From IMG/VR virus record IMGVR_UViG_3300031519_000190, positions 1 through 26,242 of that record: a DNA stretch of 26,242 bases. One strand, 5' to 3'. The first letter of the stretch is position 1, and each line of letters starts with the position of its first letter. Of this stretch, positions 9,134 through 17,820 are shown in pieces. Both the position numbers and the translations under genes were made by a program. The stretch is from a virus (taxonomy: Duplodnaviria; Caudoviricetes). The notes beneath the pieces were generated by a model. The model worked only from the letters and a program-made list of their open reading frames with translations, made no database searches and had not been told where the DNA came from.

Positions 9134-9619
9134 ATGGCACACTTTGCACACTTAAATTCTGATAATATTGTTATTAACGTTATCAAACTTGGTGATGATC
9201 AATGTCTTGATGAGAATGGGAATGAATCTGAGGTAGTAGGAAGAGCAGTATGTGAATCCCATTACCCAGGTACATATGTTCAGACTTCTTATAATGGAAA
9301 TATAAGAGGTGAATATGCTGGTATTGGAATGTATTATCATGAAGAACATGACATTTTCTGTGGGCCTTGTCCTAAAGGTCGTGAAGGATATATTTACAAT
9401 ACCACTACTAGATCATGGGAACCACCCATACCTGAACCTGAACATCGTGAGGGTATAGAAGTTCGTTGGAATCCAGAAACTACACAGTGGGATGAACTTA
9501 CTATAGAAAAAGGTGAAAAGGAAGAAAATGAAACTTGGATTTGGGATCCTGGTTATCAATGTTGGGATCTTGAAATCCCAGAACCACCAGAAGAGGAAAC
9601 AGAAGCACCAACTGAATAA
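9134..9619 (+). CDS. Conserved marine phage protein, possible adhesin assembly chaperone
   Basis: AGGAGG SD; MAHFA...QTSYNGNIRG.YAGIG..Y....D.F..P.P...W.PP.P.P pattern; directly follows the Gly-rich gene. Confidence 0.65.
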   Translation: MAHFAHLNSDNIVINVIKLGDDQCLDENGNESEVVGRAVCESHYPGTYVQTSYNGNIRGEYAGIGMYYHEEHDIFCGPCPKGREGYIYNTTTRSWEPPIPEPEHREGIEVRWNPETTQWDELTIEKGEKEENETWIWDPGYQCWDLEIPEPPEEETEAPTE

Positions 9620-9622
9620 TAT

Positions 9623-9649
9623 AAAAAGAGGGTAACAACCCTCTTTTTT
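9623..9649 (+). terminator. Intrinsic terminator (potentially bidirectional)
   Basis: AAAAAGAGGGT-AACA-ACCCTCTTTTTT: perfect 11-bp stem ending in a T-tract. Confidence 0.9.
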
Positions 9650-9650
9650 C

Positions 9651-9679
9651 TTGACTACATACTGAAGACATATTAATAT
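9651..9679 (+). promoter_or_regulatory. Sigma70-type promoter of the enzyme operon
   Basis: TTGACT-N17-TAATAT immediately after the terminator. Confidence 0.7.
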
Positions 9680-9704
9680 TATTTTATTATCGGAGGTGTT
9701 TGAG

Positions 9705-10328
9705 TTGGCATTTCAAAGTATTTGGTTTCATACAGAGTTACCTGAAGACGTAGTAGAAATTGTTGAAAAAGATTTTGAAAAAATTAAAGTAGAACGGAAT
9801 CTAGAAGAATCTAGAATTGGTGGAAATGGTCTAGACGAAGACATTAGAAAAGCCCGTAATACTTGGATTCCAACAACTCACTGGATTGCAGGATTTATTT
9901 GGCATTATGTTGCTCGAGCAAATAGAGAAAACTTTAGATATGATCTGACATGTATTGATGGAGAAAATCTTCAATATACTGTTTATGGTGAAGGTGAACA
10001 CTATACTTGGCACTGTGATGAAGATTTGTCTTCTGCATATAAACCACAAACAGTCGGGTATAGAGACAAAAACGCTATTTTGAATGATAACGCTAATTTT
10101 GATGCGGAATATATTAGAAAACTTTCGTTCTCACTTCAACTTACTGATGAAACCACTTATGAGGGTGGAAATTTTCAGTTGATGGATGGAAAATCTACTT
10201 ATTTTGCACCTAGAAAAAGAGGAACTCTAGTTATCTTTGATTCTAGAGCAATGCACAGAGTTCTTCCTGTTACAAAAGGTATCAGAAAAAGTATTGTTGG
10301 ATGGACTCTTGGTCCACGTTGGAGGTGA
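9705..10328 (+). CDS. 2OG-Fe(II) oxygenase, prolyl-4-hydroxylase/PKHD-like
   Basis: TTG 9705 lies 7 nt after GGAGGT. YTWHCD...RKLSFSLQL...YEGG...FDSRAMHRVLPVTKGIRKSIVGW gives HxD...H and RxS. Confidence 0.9.
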   Translation: MAFQSIWFHTELPEDVVEIVEKDFEKIKVERNLEESRIGGNGLDEDIRKARNTWIPTTHWIAGFIWHYVARANRENFRYDLTCIDGENLQYTVYGEGEHYTWHCDEDLSSAYKPQTVGYRDKNAILNDNANFDAEYIRKLSFSLQLTDETTYEGGNFQLMDGKSTYFAPRKRGTLVIFDSRAMHRVLPVTKGIRKSIVGWTLGPRWR

Positions 10329-10334
10329 TTAATT

Positions 10335-11057
10335 ATGAATCAGGAACAAATTAATTTCAGTGAAAGATTAAATCATGGTACATCACCAACAGGTCATGAA
10401 GAGTTTGACAAAAATGGTTGTTTATTTGTAAAGAACCTAGTTAATTCAGATGATTTGTATTGTGAGGTTCCTTACTATCGAGGTTCGATTACTTATCGAG
10501 GAAAATTAAATAAATTCAATTATGAACCTGAAGAACTACAGGTACTTGGATCTGTTGCAAGGTATTATTATCCTCCATACAAATATATTCATGCAGAAGT
10601 TGGTAAAAAAATTGAGAAAATTATAGGAAAAAAACTTTATAAAACTTATTATTACGATAGGTTTTATTTTCCCGGACAAGAACTTGACAAACATACTGAT
10701 AGAGATGCATGCGAAATTTCTGTCACAATCAATGTAAGTACAAATTTAAAGAAGAAGTGGCCAATCTTTGTTAAGACACCCAACACTTATGCTGATGAGA
10801 ATGACGAGAGATTGGAAATCATAGAGAAAGGAAAAGAACTTTCATTTGTCACAAATCCTGGAGATGGTGTAATATACAAGGGTTGTGAAAGACCTCACTG
10901 GAGAGAACCAATGCCATCAAACTATAGAAGTGATGGTATTCATGGATATCTAAACAAACTGAGAGATTTTGATGATGACACTTATTATCATCAAATTTTC
11001 TTTCACTATGTTCTTGCTGATGGGAACAGAAGTCACTTTGCAAATGATGCAAAATAG
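10335..11057 (+). CDS. 2OG-Fe(II) oxygenase-like protein
   Basis: LDKHTDRDACEISVT...WPIF...GDGVIYKGCERPHWREP...QIFFHYV gives an HxD...H triad. Confidence 0.8.
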   Translation: MNQEQINFSERLNHGTSPTGHEEFDKNGCLFVKNLVNSDDLYCEVPYYRGSITYRGKLNKFNYEPEELQVLGSVARYYYPPYKYIHAEVGKKIEKIIGKKLYKTYYYDRFYFPGQELDKHTDRDACEISVTINVSTNLKKKWPIFVKTPNTYADENDERLEIIEKGKELSFVTNPGDGVIYKGCERPHWREPMPSNYRSDGIHGYLNKLRDFDDDTYYHQIFFHYVLADGNRSHFANDAK

Positions 11058-11066
11058 GAGATCATT

Positions 11067-12761
11067 GTGAATATTATTGGTGTATATGGTGCATTTGATT
11101 GGAATGCTAATGAATCTGGTAGTGAAGGATATGTACACGATTCGGGTGCAACACTCTTTATGGATGGTAAGTTGATCACCAGTATTGGCGAAGAGAGACT
11201 GACAAGAGTTAAGTATGAAGGAAATTTTCCACAAAAATCCATTGATTATTGTCTTTCGGAAGGAAATATCACTACAGAGGACATTGATATTGTTGTTGTC
11301 CCAAGTATGTGTATTTCAATTTTTTATGATAGGTGGTCTCGTGGAATACCTCAAAGAATTTTACAAGAAATATTTCCTAACGCAAAAATTGAATTGATTT
11401 CTCATCACCTTTGCCATGCTGCCTCATCTGTGTTTACTTCAGACTTTAATGAAGGAACATTTGTAACACTTGATGGTAATGGATCAATTTTTTGGGGTTC
11501 TAATTTTGAGAATCTTGGTGCAGAAAATAATTCTGTTGGTTTCTTTAATAAAGAAAAAGGAATTTTTAGATTTATACCATCAATGTGTATGAATTCCAAT
11601 ACCTTTGGGACAATATACCTCAACTGGGCACAGATGATTTATTGTGAAAAATTTCCAGAACTTTGGGATGACGATGAGAAAAGAAATAATCTTCGTGAGG
11701 CATTTTGTGGAAAGGTGATGGGTCTTTGTGCATATGGTAATGACTTAGATTTTAGTCTAGAAAAATACAAAATGTATGCAACGTCTAGGGAAAGAATGCA
11801 TAACTTCCCATATATTATGTGGATGCATCCTAATAATGTTATGCAAACTCCTTTCAATCAGTTAAGTTCTGAACACAAAGCATATGCAATTCAGAAAAAT
11901 TTTGAGTTTGCTATTCATGAATACTTCAAGATGTTGAAGGAAGAAACCTTCTTAGATGATAACCTTTGTCTTGCTGGTGGTGTATTCTTAAATGTTCCAG
12001 CAAATAGTGTATTGAAACAGTCTGGTTTGGTTAAGAACATTCACATTCCACCGTATACAAGTGACACAGGTCTTCACTTCGGTGCAGCTGCATATCATTC
12101 ATTCAAGAATAAAGAAACCATTGAACTTCCTGAGAATATTGCACTTCTTGGTAAGGAATATACTGAAAAAGAGATTGAAGATGTACTGAAAGAAGGTGAA
12201 GTAGAGTATGAGAAGTATGAAGACTTTGATGAAGTCTGTAGTTTTACAGCCAATCAGATTGTAGATAGTAAAATTATTGGATGGTTTCAAGGAAGGTCTG
12301 AACAGGGTCCTAGGGCTCTAGGTTCTAGATCATTGTTGATGTCTCCTGCTGTTCCAGAGGGTAAGGATATTATCAACAGTCGTGTGAAACACCGTGAATA
12401 CTGGAGACCATTTGCTGGTATCATTCTTGATGAAGATCTCACAGAATACTTTGAAGAGGACTTCTGTTCACCATATATGCTTTACTCTCTGACTGTTAGA
12501 GAAGATAAGAGAGACAAAATTCCTGCTATTACACATAAAGACAGCACTTGTAGAATCCAGACAGTTAATGATACAATAAACCCTGAGGTAACAAAACTAT
12601 TGAACAAATTGAAGGAGACTTCTGGTAGTTCAGTGGTTCTAAATACCTCATTCAATGATAATGGTGAACCCATTGTCGAAAGTCCAGAAGATGCAGTTCG
12701 TTCATTCAAAAATATGGACATTGACTATCTTGTAATCGGTAATTTCGTGGTTAGAAAATGA
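11067..12761 (+). CDS. O-carbamoyltransferase (CmcH/NodU/TobZ family)
   Basis: HDSGA, EERLTRVK, HHLCHAAS, LDGNG, GKVMGLCAYG, LAGGVFLN, SDTG, GWFQGRSEQGPRALGSRS, VKHREYWRPFA and LNTSFN..GEPIV motifs. Confidence 0.95.
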   Translation: MNIIGVYGAFDWNANESGSEGYVHDSGATLFMDGKLITSIGEERLTRVKYEGNFPQKSIDYCLSEGNITTEDIDIVVVPSMCISIFYDRWSRGIPQRILQEIFPNAKIELISHHLCHAASSVFTSDFNEGTFVTLDGNGSIFWGSNFENLGAENNSVGFFNKEKGIFRFIPSMCMNSNTFGTIYLNWAQMIYCEKFPELWDDDEKRNNLREAFCGKVMGLCAYGNDLDFSLEKYKMYATSRERMHNFPYIMWMHPNNVMQTPFNQLSSEHKAYAIQKNFEFAIHEYFKMLKEETFLDDNLCLAGGVFLNVPANSVLKQSGLVKNIHIPPYTSDTGLHFGAAAYHSFKNKETIELPENIALLGKEYTEKEIEDVLKEGEVEYEKYEDFDEVCSFTANQIVDSKIIGWFQGRSEQGPRALGSRSLLMSPAVPEGKDIINSRVKHREYWRPFAGIILDEDLTEYFEEDFCSPYMLYSLTVREDKRDKIPAITHKDSTCRIQTVNDTINPEVTKLLNKLKETSGSSVVLNTSFNDNGEPIVESPEDAVRSFKNMDIDYLVIGNFVVRK

Positions 12762-13777
12762 AAACTATCATTAACGTTGACGGTGGTTTAGGTCGTGTCA
12801 TCACTGCAATCCCTGCACTTCTTAAGTACGGTAAGAACCATCCAGAAGAAGACTGGTATGTCATGATTCCTGCTTGGGATGTCTTTACTTGGGGTATTGA
12901 AGAACTTCAACAAAGAACATTTAACCCTGAAACCAAGGGTATGTTTGAGATCTACTATTGGGATGCAGATAAAGTCATTTCACCAGAACCTTATAAACTT
13001 CCTGCATTTTATCGTAATGAGATCTCACTTGCAGAGGCATTTGACGAACTGATCAATGGAACGACAGATCATAGTGATCTTCCAGACATGACTCTAGAAC
13101 TTACTCTTGATGAGGTTCTAAATGCAAGATCTTTCATTAACCAGGCCATACATGGAGGATTTACTAATCAATGTGGTATGCCTGATTCTCCCAACCAAAC
13201 AATGAGAGAGAACAAAAAAGTTATTGTCATCCAACCTTTTGGTAGTACGGCAACTGCCTCTGAAATGGGTGTCTATGATAAGAGTATGAGATCAATCAAT
13301 CACCTATTTGCATCTGAGATTGTCAAAGAACTTTCAAAAGATTCAAACAATGTGATTGTCAACATGAATGCACATATTTCACAATTCCAAGGTGCATTTA
13401 ACTTCCCTCAAGACCCTGACTTGAGAACCTGGGCTGCAATCATTCAAGAGGCAGACTATTTCATTGGTTGTGATAGTTGTGGTCAACATATTTCGAAGGC
13501 AGTTGGTACTCCTGCATCAGTCGTGATTGCTGGTACTCATGAAGTAAATGTTTCTTATCCTGATACCTTCCATATTATCAAGAATGATGCGAAGTATTAT
13601 CCCAATCCTATGAGAGTTTCTATGATGAACTCTCATTTGGCAGATAAACTGAATCAGAAACGTTCAATCTTCACACCTGAAGAAATGAAAACTCATATTA
13701 AAGAAATTGTCAGACGTATTGGTGGTAAGAAAGACTCTGTAAAACCAAAGAAAGAAAAGAGTGATAAAGGTTTCTGA
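12758..13777 (+). CDS. GT-B glycosyltransferase, GT9 (heptosyltransferase)-like
   Basis: N-terminal DGGLGRVITAIPAL, IVIQPFGS, and LRTWAAIIQEADYFIGCDSCGQHISKAVGTP. Confidence 0.8.
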   Translation: MKTIINVDGGLGRVITAIPALLKYGKNHPEEDWYVMIPAWDVFTWGIEELQQRTFNPETKGMFEIYYWDADKVISPEPYKLPAFYRNEISLAEAFDELINGTTDHSDLPDMTLELTLDEVLNARSFINQAIHGGFTNQCGMPDSPNQTMRENKKVIVIQPFGSTATASEMGVYDKSMRSINHLFASEIVKELSKDSNNVIVNMNAHISQFQGAFNFPQDPDLRTWAAIIQEADYFIGCDSCGQHISKAVGTPASVVIAGTHEVNVSYPDTFHIIKNDAKYYPNPMRVSMMNSHLADKLNQKRSIFTPEEMKTHIKEIVRRIGGKKDSVKPKKEKSDKGF

Positions 13778-14136
13778 TGAAGTCTCCACTGGTTCCTATT
13801 TCTATTGGGGAGTTGTTAGATAAGATAACAATTCTCCAAATCAAATCAGAACATACCAGTAATGAGTATGTAAAAAAAGAACTCCAAGACTTGACAAAGA
13901 TTGCTCAAGACCTTGGAGTTTATAAGAGTAAATATGTTGATGACTTACTTAAAGTTAATCGTAAGTTATGGGATATTGAAGATAACCTTCGTATCCATGA
14001 GAATAGATGGAATTTTGATGATGAGTTTATCAGATTAGCAAGAAATGTTTATATTACTAATGATGAAAGATCAAGAATAAAGAAGAGAATAAATGAAGAC
14101 ACCTCATCAGAGTATTCAGAGGTGAAACTATACTAG
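13777..14136 (+). CDS. DUF6165-like protein
   Basis: VPISIGELLDKITILQIK...VNRKLWDIED..R...FIRLARNVYITNDER..IK..IN pattern, recognised from memory as a family found beside glycosyltransferases. Confidence 0.7.
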   Translation: MKSPLVPISIGELLDKITILQIKSEHTSNEYVKKELQDLTKIAQDLGVYKSKYVDDLLKVNRKLWDIEDNLRIHENRWNFDDEFIRLARNVYITNDERSRIKKRINEDTSSEYSEVKLY

Positions 14137-14196
14137 ACACTTCACAAACTGTCCACCAAATACCCTGCAGGAGTGTCCTGTGGGGTATTGTAGTAT
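14136..14196 (+). promoter_or_regulatory. Type A early-promoter-like element (dyad box + stem-loop + -10), copy 1
   Basis: GACACTT-CAC-AAACTGTCCAC, then hairpin AATACCCTGCAGGA-GTG-TCCTGTGGGGTATT (14159-14189), then TAGTAT. Confidence 0.6.
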
Positions 14197-14215
14197 CTGG
14201 AGGTACATAGACACT

Positions 14216-14320
14216 ATGAGACTTACAGGAACAGAAAAACTATTGTTCATCTCTTCCTTTCTTATCTTCTTACAATGGATGACACGTATCACTGAGAGGG
14301 TATTATGGTACATGCAATAG
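14216..14320 (+). CDS. Small hydrophobic protein (34 aa)
   Basis: MRLTGTEKLLFISSFLIFLQWMTRITERVLWYMQ; GGAGGT upstream; first ORF after the promoter element; below the ORF-track cutoff. Confidence 0.55.
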   Translation: MRLTGTEKLLFISSFLIFLQWMTRITERVLWYMQ

Positions 14321-14652
14321 AAGTAGTCAGACCCTCATCTAACACCTCTGAGACCCTCTGTAAGGAGTTGTTTCACTGGTTTATGATGGAATACCTACCT
14401 GATAGGAGTATTGACCTTACATTGGTTCATATGGACTTAACTGATGAGGGTGTGGATGGATGGTGTATGAGGGAGAGTGACTATGAGTTTATTATTCAAA
14501 TAGAGGAAACTCTTGAGGGTAATGAATACACCAGAACTTTTCTCCATGAGTGTTACCATGTCATGCAACATGTTCTGAATATTTCCAGGTGTGAGACCTG
14601 TGCATATCTCAGTGAAAAGATAAACCTTGACAAGTTGAACAAACTCCAGTAG
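14305..14652 (+). CDS. HExxH zinc metallopeptidase-like protein
   Basis: TFLHECYHVMQH zincin motif preceded by GWC...EFIIQI. Confidence 0.65.
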   Translation: MVHAIEVVRPSSNTSETLCKELFHWFMMEYLPDRSIDLTLVHMDLTDEGVDGWCMRESDYEFIIQIEETLEGNEYTRTFLHECYHVMQHVLNISRCETCAYLSEKINLDKLNKLQ

Positions 14653-14655
14653 GAT
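14627..14655 (+). promoter_or_regulatory. Sigma70-type promoter
   Basis: TTGACA-N17-TAGGAT. Confidence 0.75.
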
Positions 14656-14712
14656 AGGCTTGTCCGGGTTCATAAGGAATTTAACTTTAAAACTACTTAA
14701 TTAATTTAAATT

Positions 14713-15177
14713 ATGTCTTCACATCGTAGTGGAAATTCACTTGAAAAAAAAGTAAATGATCTATTGAGAAAATATTATGGTCAAAATCCAGAATCATATT
14801 TCATAGAAATTCCTCCATATACAACACCGACTGGTAAAATCGTGAAATATAAACCAGACCACATTATTGGAAATTTGATTATTGAGTCTAAAAATGCTCT
14901 TTATGGAGGAACCCCTCAAAAGTTGGCTGATGCATTAATAAGAATGCAAATTCTTAAAGGCATAACGGGCAAGAATCCAATTCTTGTCTACCAAGGAGAA
15001 TCATATGATAATTACATTCACAATAGTCCTGTAACGAAAGAAATTATTAATATCATTCCTGATGTTCTTATCGTATCTTTAACACAGTTTGAAGAATTTT
15101 TGTCTACCTATGTAAAACCTGTGGAAACGTCTATGCCTGCGGAAATTTTTAACTGGAATAATTTTTATAAAAATTAA
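14713..15177 (+). CDS. PD-(D/E)xK nuclease-like protein
   Basis: SGNSLEKKV helix, then YKPDHII..LIIESK; visibly AT-rich. Confidence 0.65.
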   Translation: MSSHRSGNSLEKKVNDLLRKYYGQNPESYFIEIPPYTTPTGKIVKYKPDHIIGNLIIESKNALYGGTPQKLADALIRMQILKGITGKNPILVYQGESYDNYIHNSPVTKEIINIIPDVLIVSLTQFEEFLSTYVKPVETSMPAEIFNWNNFYKN

Positions 15178-15214
15178 AATCTACAAGATCACTATAGTAT
15201 AGTTACTTAATCAC

Positions 15215-15409
15215 ATGAAGACCAAATTTGTTACAGTTCAACCTAAGACCAATAAAGCGAGGAACCGATTTGCAAACATGATGGATGGTCTTCATTCTTG
15301 TAAAGTCCAACAAGAAGATGATGGTCGAATGTTTCTTGAATCAATCACTGGTAGGTACTTCTTCTGGATGAATAAGTTCAATGACCCAAATTGGACAATC
15401 ATTAAATAA
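15215..15409 (+). CDS. Hypothetical cyanophage protein
   Basis: ATG ORF within a co-oriented, tightly packed gene run. Confidence 0.7.
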   Translation: MKTKFVTVQPKTNKARNRFANMMDGLHSCKVQQEDDGRMFLESITGRYFFWMNKFNDPNWTIIK

Positions 15410-15428
15410 CCACAACTATTAAAGATTA

Positions 15429-15617
15429 ATGAACTCTTCTGAAAAACACGATAAAAGAAAAGATGCACTTGGTCTTTTCGTTGAATCAGTCATCAAACCA
15501 GACCCACAACTTCGTCAGTGTGCTCATAATCAAGAGTGTTATAATGAACTGATGGAATGGCGTCAGGATATACTGGAATACCTATCTGATAGAAGGACAG
15601 AGGAGTTTGGGGGTTAA
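15429..15617 (+). CDS. Hypothetical cyanophage protein
   Basis: ATG ORF within a co-oriented gene run. Confidence 0.7.
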   Translation: MNSSEKHDKRKDALGLFVESVIKPDPQLRQCAHNQECYNELMEWRQDILEYLSDRRTEEFGG

Positions 15618-15643
15618 ATAGGTATAACCAGGAAAGATTGTTC

Positions 15644-15958
15644 ATGTTGTCAACACAGTACAGACTAAAACTTGAGTTTATTTGTAAATGTATTGCTAAT
15701 GGTGAGGAAGTTAAACTGGATGATATGGTCTGGGCACAGAAACTTGCTAAGGCAAACACATCAGCCAATGAGATGTTAAAGATGGCAAGACGCCAACACT
15801 CTCAGAATATTGAAGAGGGAACTATGGATGACTTCATGAACAGATTAGGTTTGGGAGACCCTGACCCAGCAAACCACAAGACAGGATTTGATAGTGCTGA
15901 TGATATCAAAGACTGGTTTAAGAGGGATGATATTTCAGATTGGAGGCAAAGGGATTAG
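15644..15958 (+). CDS. Hypothetical cyanophage protein
   Basis: ATG 15644 (MLSTQYRLKLEFICK) preferred over TTG 15638; TAAATA at 15615 upstream. Confidence 0.7.
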   Translation: MLSTQYRLKLEFICKCIANGEEVKLDDMVWAQKLAKANTSANEMLKMARRQHSQNIEEGTMDDFMNRLGLGDPDPANHKTGFDSADDIKDWFKRDDISDWRQRD

Positions 15959-16021
15959 TTTTAATATATCTAAATTAAAATTTAATGAGAATTGTTAAAT
16001 AAGACAACTGTTATTATATTA

Positions 16022-16132
16022 ATGACTACATCAAACAGAAGAAAGAAAAGAGACGATGAAGGTAAATTCTTCTTATACGTCGCATTCCATTCTGCATTCG
16101 TTGCCCTAGCCAATTTTTTTAAAGATGACTGA
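16022..16132 (+). CDS. Small hypothetical protein (36 aa)
   Basis: MTTSNRRKKRDDEGKFFLYVAFHSAFVALANFFKDD; overlaps the next ATG; below the track cutoff. Confidence 0.5.
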   Translation: MTTSNRRKKRDDEGKFFLYVAFHSAFVALANFFKDD

Positions 16133-16316
16133 CCTTTTTAGAATTACTAATGTAGAAGCTCCCTCTGGTGTCAAATATGATAAGTGGGGATTTACAATCA
16201 AACCTACTATTACTGACACAGAATTAATTCTCATGTGTTTAAAAAATGCTCCCTGTGGAGCAGATAAAAAACAAACAGAAAAATTAATTAAATACTATGA
16301 ACAAAATCCTGGTTAA
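16125..16316 (+). CDS. Hypothetical protein
   Basis: ATG ORF in the gene run. Confidence 0.6.
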   Translation: MTDLFRITNVEAPSGVKYDKWGFTIKPTITDTELILMCLKNAPCGADKKQTEKLIKYYEQNPG

Positions 16317-16318
16317 TT

Positions 16319-16456
16319 ATGTCTAAAGAACAATGGCAAGAAGTCATTCTATGTGTCAAAAAAGAACAGGATAAATCTCTTCAACACATGAACAAACCAA
16401 AGTATAATGAGTTGAGTGAAATCTTAGTTCAATTACAAAAACTACAAAATATCTAA
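16319..16456 (+). CDS. Small hypothetical protein (45 aa)
   Basis: MSKEQWQEVILCVKKEQDKSLQHMNKPKYNELSEILVQLQKLQNI fills the gap with 2-nt and 1-nt spacing. Confidence 0.55.
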   Translation: MSKEQWQEVILCVKKEQDKSLQHMNKPKYNELSEILVQLQKLQNI

Positions 16457-16457
16457 T

Positions 16458-16706
16458 ATGTCTAAAACTGCAGTCATTTATACAAATGGAAGTCAAGAAT
16501 GTGAGAGAATGAGTTCACTTCTTACTGCACTTCCAGAGGTGTCTGAATTTTTACAATACAGATTAGGTGAACATTTCACAGAGAAATCTTTTTCTGATGA
16601 ATTTGGTGATGAAGCAACATTTCCACAAGTTGCAATTGGAAATGAACATATTGGGAGTATGAAAGAAACTCTCCAATTCTTATCAAGTGAGGGTTATTAT
16701 GATTAG
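16458..16706 (+). CDS. Glutaredoxin-like protein with atypical SQEC site
   Basis: VIYTNGSQECERM, TFPQV cis-Pro motif, HIGS. Confidence 0.7.
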   Translation: MSKTAVIYTNGSQECERMSSLLTALPEVSEFLQYRLGEHFTEKSFSDEFGDEATFPQVAIGNEHIGSMKETLQFLSSEGYYD

Positions 16707-16950
16707 TACAGAAACTAAAGAAGTTGTTGTACCTGAAGGTGCAGAACTCATTGATGAATGTTTCTATGTCTGGGAAACTAGGTATGGTTTGTATTCATCA
16801 ATGACCAAACAAGGTAGACAGATGATGACAGGATTACATAAGAGTGATGTGACTAGTATGACAAGAGCTCATCTCATGTATGAACAGGATGGAACACTTG
16901 ACCAACACTCAAGAGTTGTTGCTGGTGCCTCCATGGGGGTTAAACTGTAG
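16699..16950 (+). CDS. Hypothetical protein
   Basis: ATG 16699 overlaps the upstream stop region (MISTETKEV...). Confidence 0.65.
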   Translation: MISTETKEVVVPEGAELIDECFYVWETRYGLYSSMTKQGRQMMTGLHKSDVTSMTRAHLMYEQDGTLDQHSRVVAGASMGVKL

Positions 16951-16953
16951 TAG

Positions 16954-16982
16954 TTTACATTTACTAATTAAAGTTGTATAAT
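16954..16982 (+). promoter_or_regulatory. Sigma70-type promoter
   Basis: TTTACA-N17-TATAAT, intergenic. Confidence 0.7.
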
Positions 16983-17005
16983 TATTACATTGAGGAAAAA
17001 CTTGA

Positions 17006-17227
17006 ATGAAACTACTCACACTCGAAGACTATCAAAAAGCAGGAGAAACTTTCTGGCCAAAATATTTTTATGTGGCGAAAGAACTTGGTGAAGGTTCTAA
17101 ACCTGAAGACATTCTAAAAGTTATGGAAGCTGTGGGTGGTGTAGCCCTAAAGTTGAAATTGGAAGAAGATAAGTCTGGGCCCTTTGGATTCAACAAAAAG
17201 AAAGAGGAAGAAGATGAAATCATCTGA
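17006..17227 (+). CDS. Hypothetical cyanophage protein
   Basis: GAGG SD, ATG, immediately after the promoter. Confidence 0.7.
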   Translation: MKLLTLEDYQKAGETFWPKYFYVAKELGEGSKPEDILKVMEAVGGVALKLKLEEDKSGPFGFNKKKEEEDEII

Positions 17228-17618
17228 CATAGAACTCTCTACCGTCTCAAAGAACTTTGAATTTGAAAAGTTGTCAAGAGAAATTGATGATATTTCTGAT
17301 GTTAAAGTTCTCCGTGAAATGTTGAAATGTTATTTGAAACTTTATTTCAAACAACAAGAAACTATTAGTTCTATTGGTACCATGCCAACAGAGTTTTCAA
17401 GAAAGAAAGGTAGGATTTATGTTGGTGATGTAGTTACCTTTATCGGTGGGACTAAAGAACAAAGAAACTGGGGAGGTTGTGACCCTGCATATCATTTAAT
17501 CACAGATGTGAAATATACTGTTACAAATGTGGAAGTTAAATCACAACACACTAGAATAGAGTTGAAAGGTCTTCAAGGATGTTTCAATTCAGTTTTATTT
17601 CGAGTAGATGATGAGTGA
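17214..17618 (+). CDS. Two-domain protein: helical-hairpin (possibly NblA-like) N-terminus plus small beta domain
   Basis: ATG 17214; IELSTVSKNFEFEKLSREID...LKCYLKLYFKQQE, then VGDVVTFIG...YTVTNVEV...FNSVLF. Confidence 0.65.
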   Translation: MKSSDIELSTVSKNFEFEKLSREIDDISDVKVLREMLKCYLKLYFKQQETISSIGTMPTEFSRKKGRIYVGDVVTFIGGTKEQRNWGGCDPAYHLITDVKYTVTNVEVKSQHTRIELKGLQGCFNSVLFRVDDE

Positions 17619-17820
17619 CAATTATTGGAAAGAAAGATTCTTCTCACTAAAAAGGTGGGTAGAACAACAACCTAACATTTCAGAAGCTTCTGAAAAAGAT
17701 TGGGAAGATTTCTGGTATAATAGTATCACAGTACCCACACTAAAAGAAGTGTGGGATGAAATGGAGGAAATTGAACCTCTCACACCTATAATCAAAGGAA
17801 AAACAAATGGCATTGAGTGA
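17608..17820 (+). CDS. Hypothetical protein
   Basis: ATG ORF overlapping both neighbours. Confidence 0.6.
   Translation: MMSDNYWKERFFSLKRWVEQQPNISEASEKDWEDFWYNSITVPTLKEVWDEMEEIEPLTPIIKGKTNGIE

Noticed and set aside
9705-13777. TET/JBP-type DNA hypermodification cluster as the primary call
   Set aside because: The oxygenases look P4H/PKHD-like and no cytosine methylase or hydroxymethylase is adjacent; retained only as an alternative hypothesis.
14694-15212. TACTTAAT on both sides of the PD-(D/E)xK gene as a target-site duplication
   Set aside because: An 8-bp AT-rich match in very AT-rich spacers is plausible by chance.
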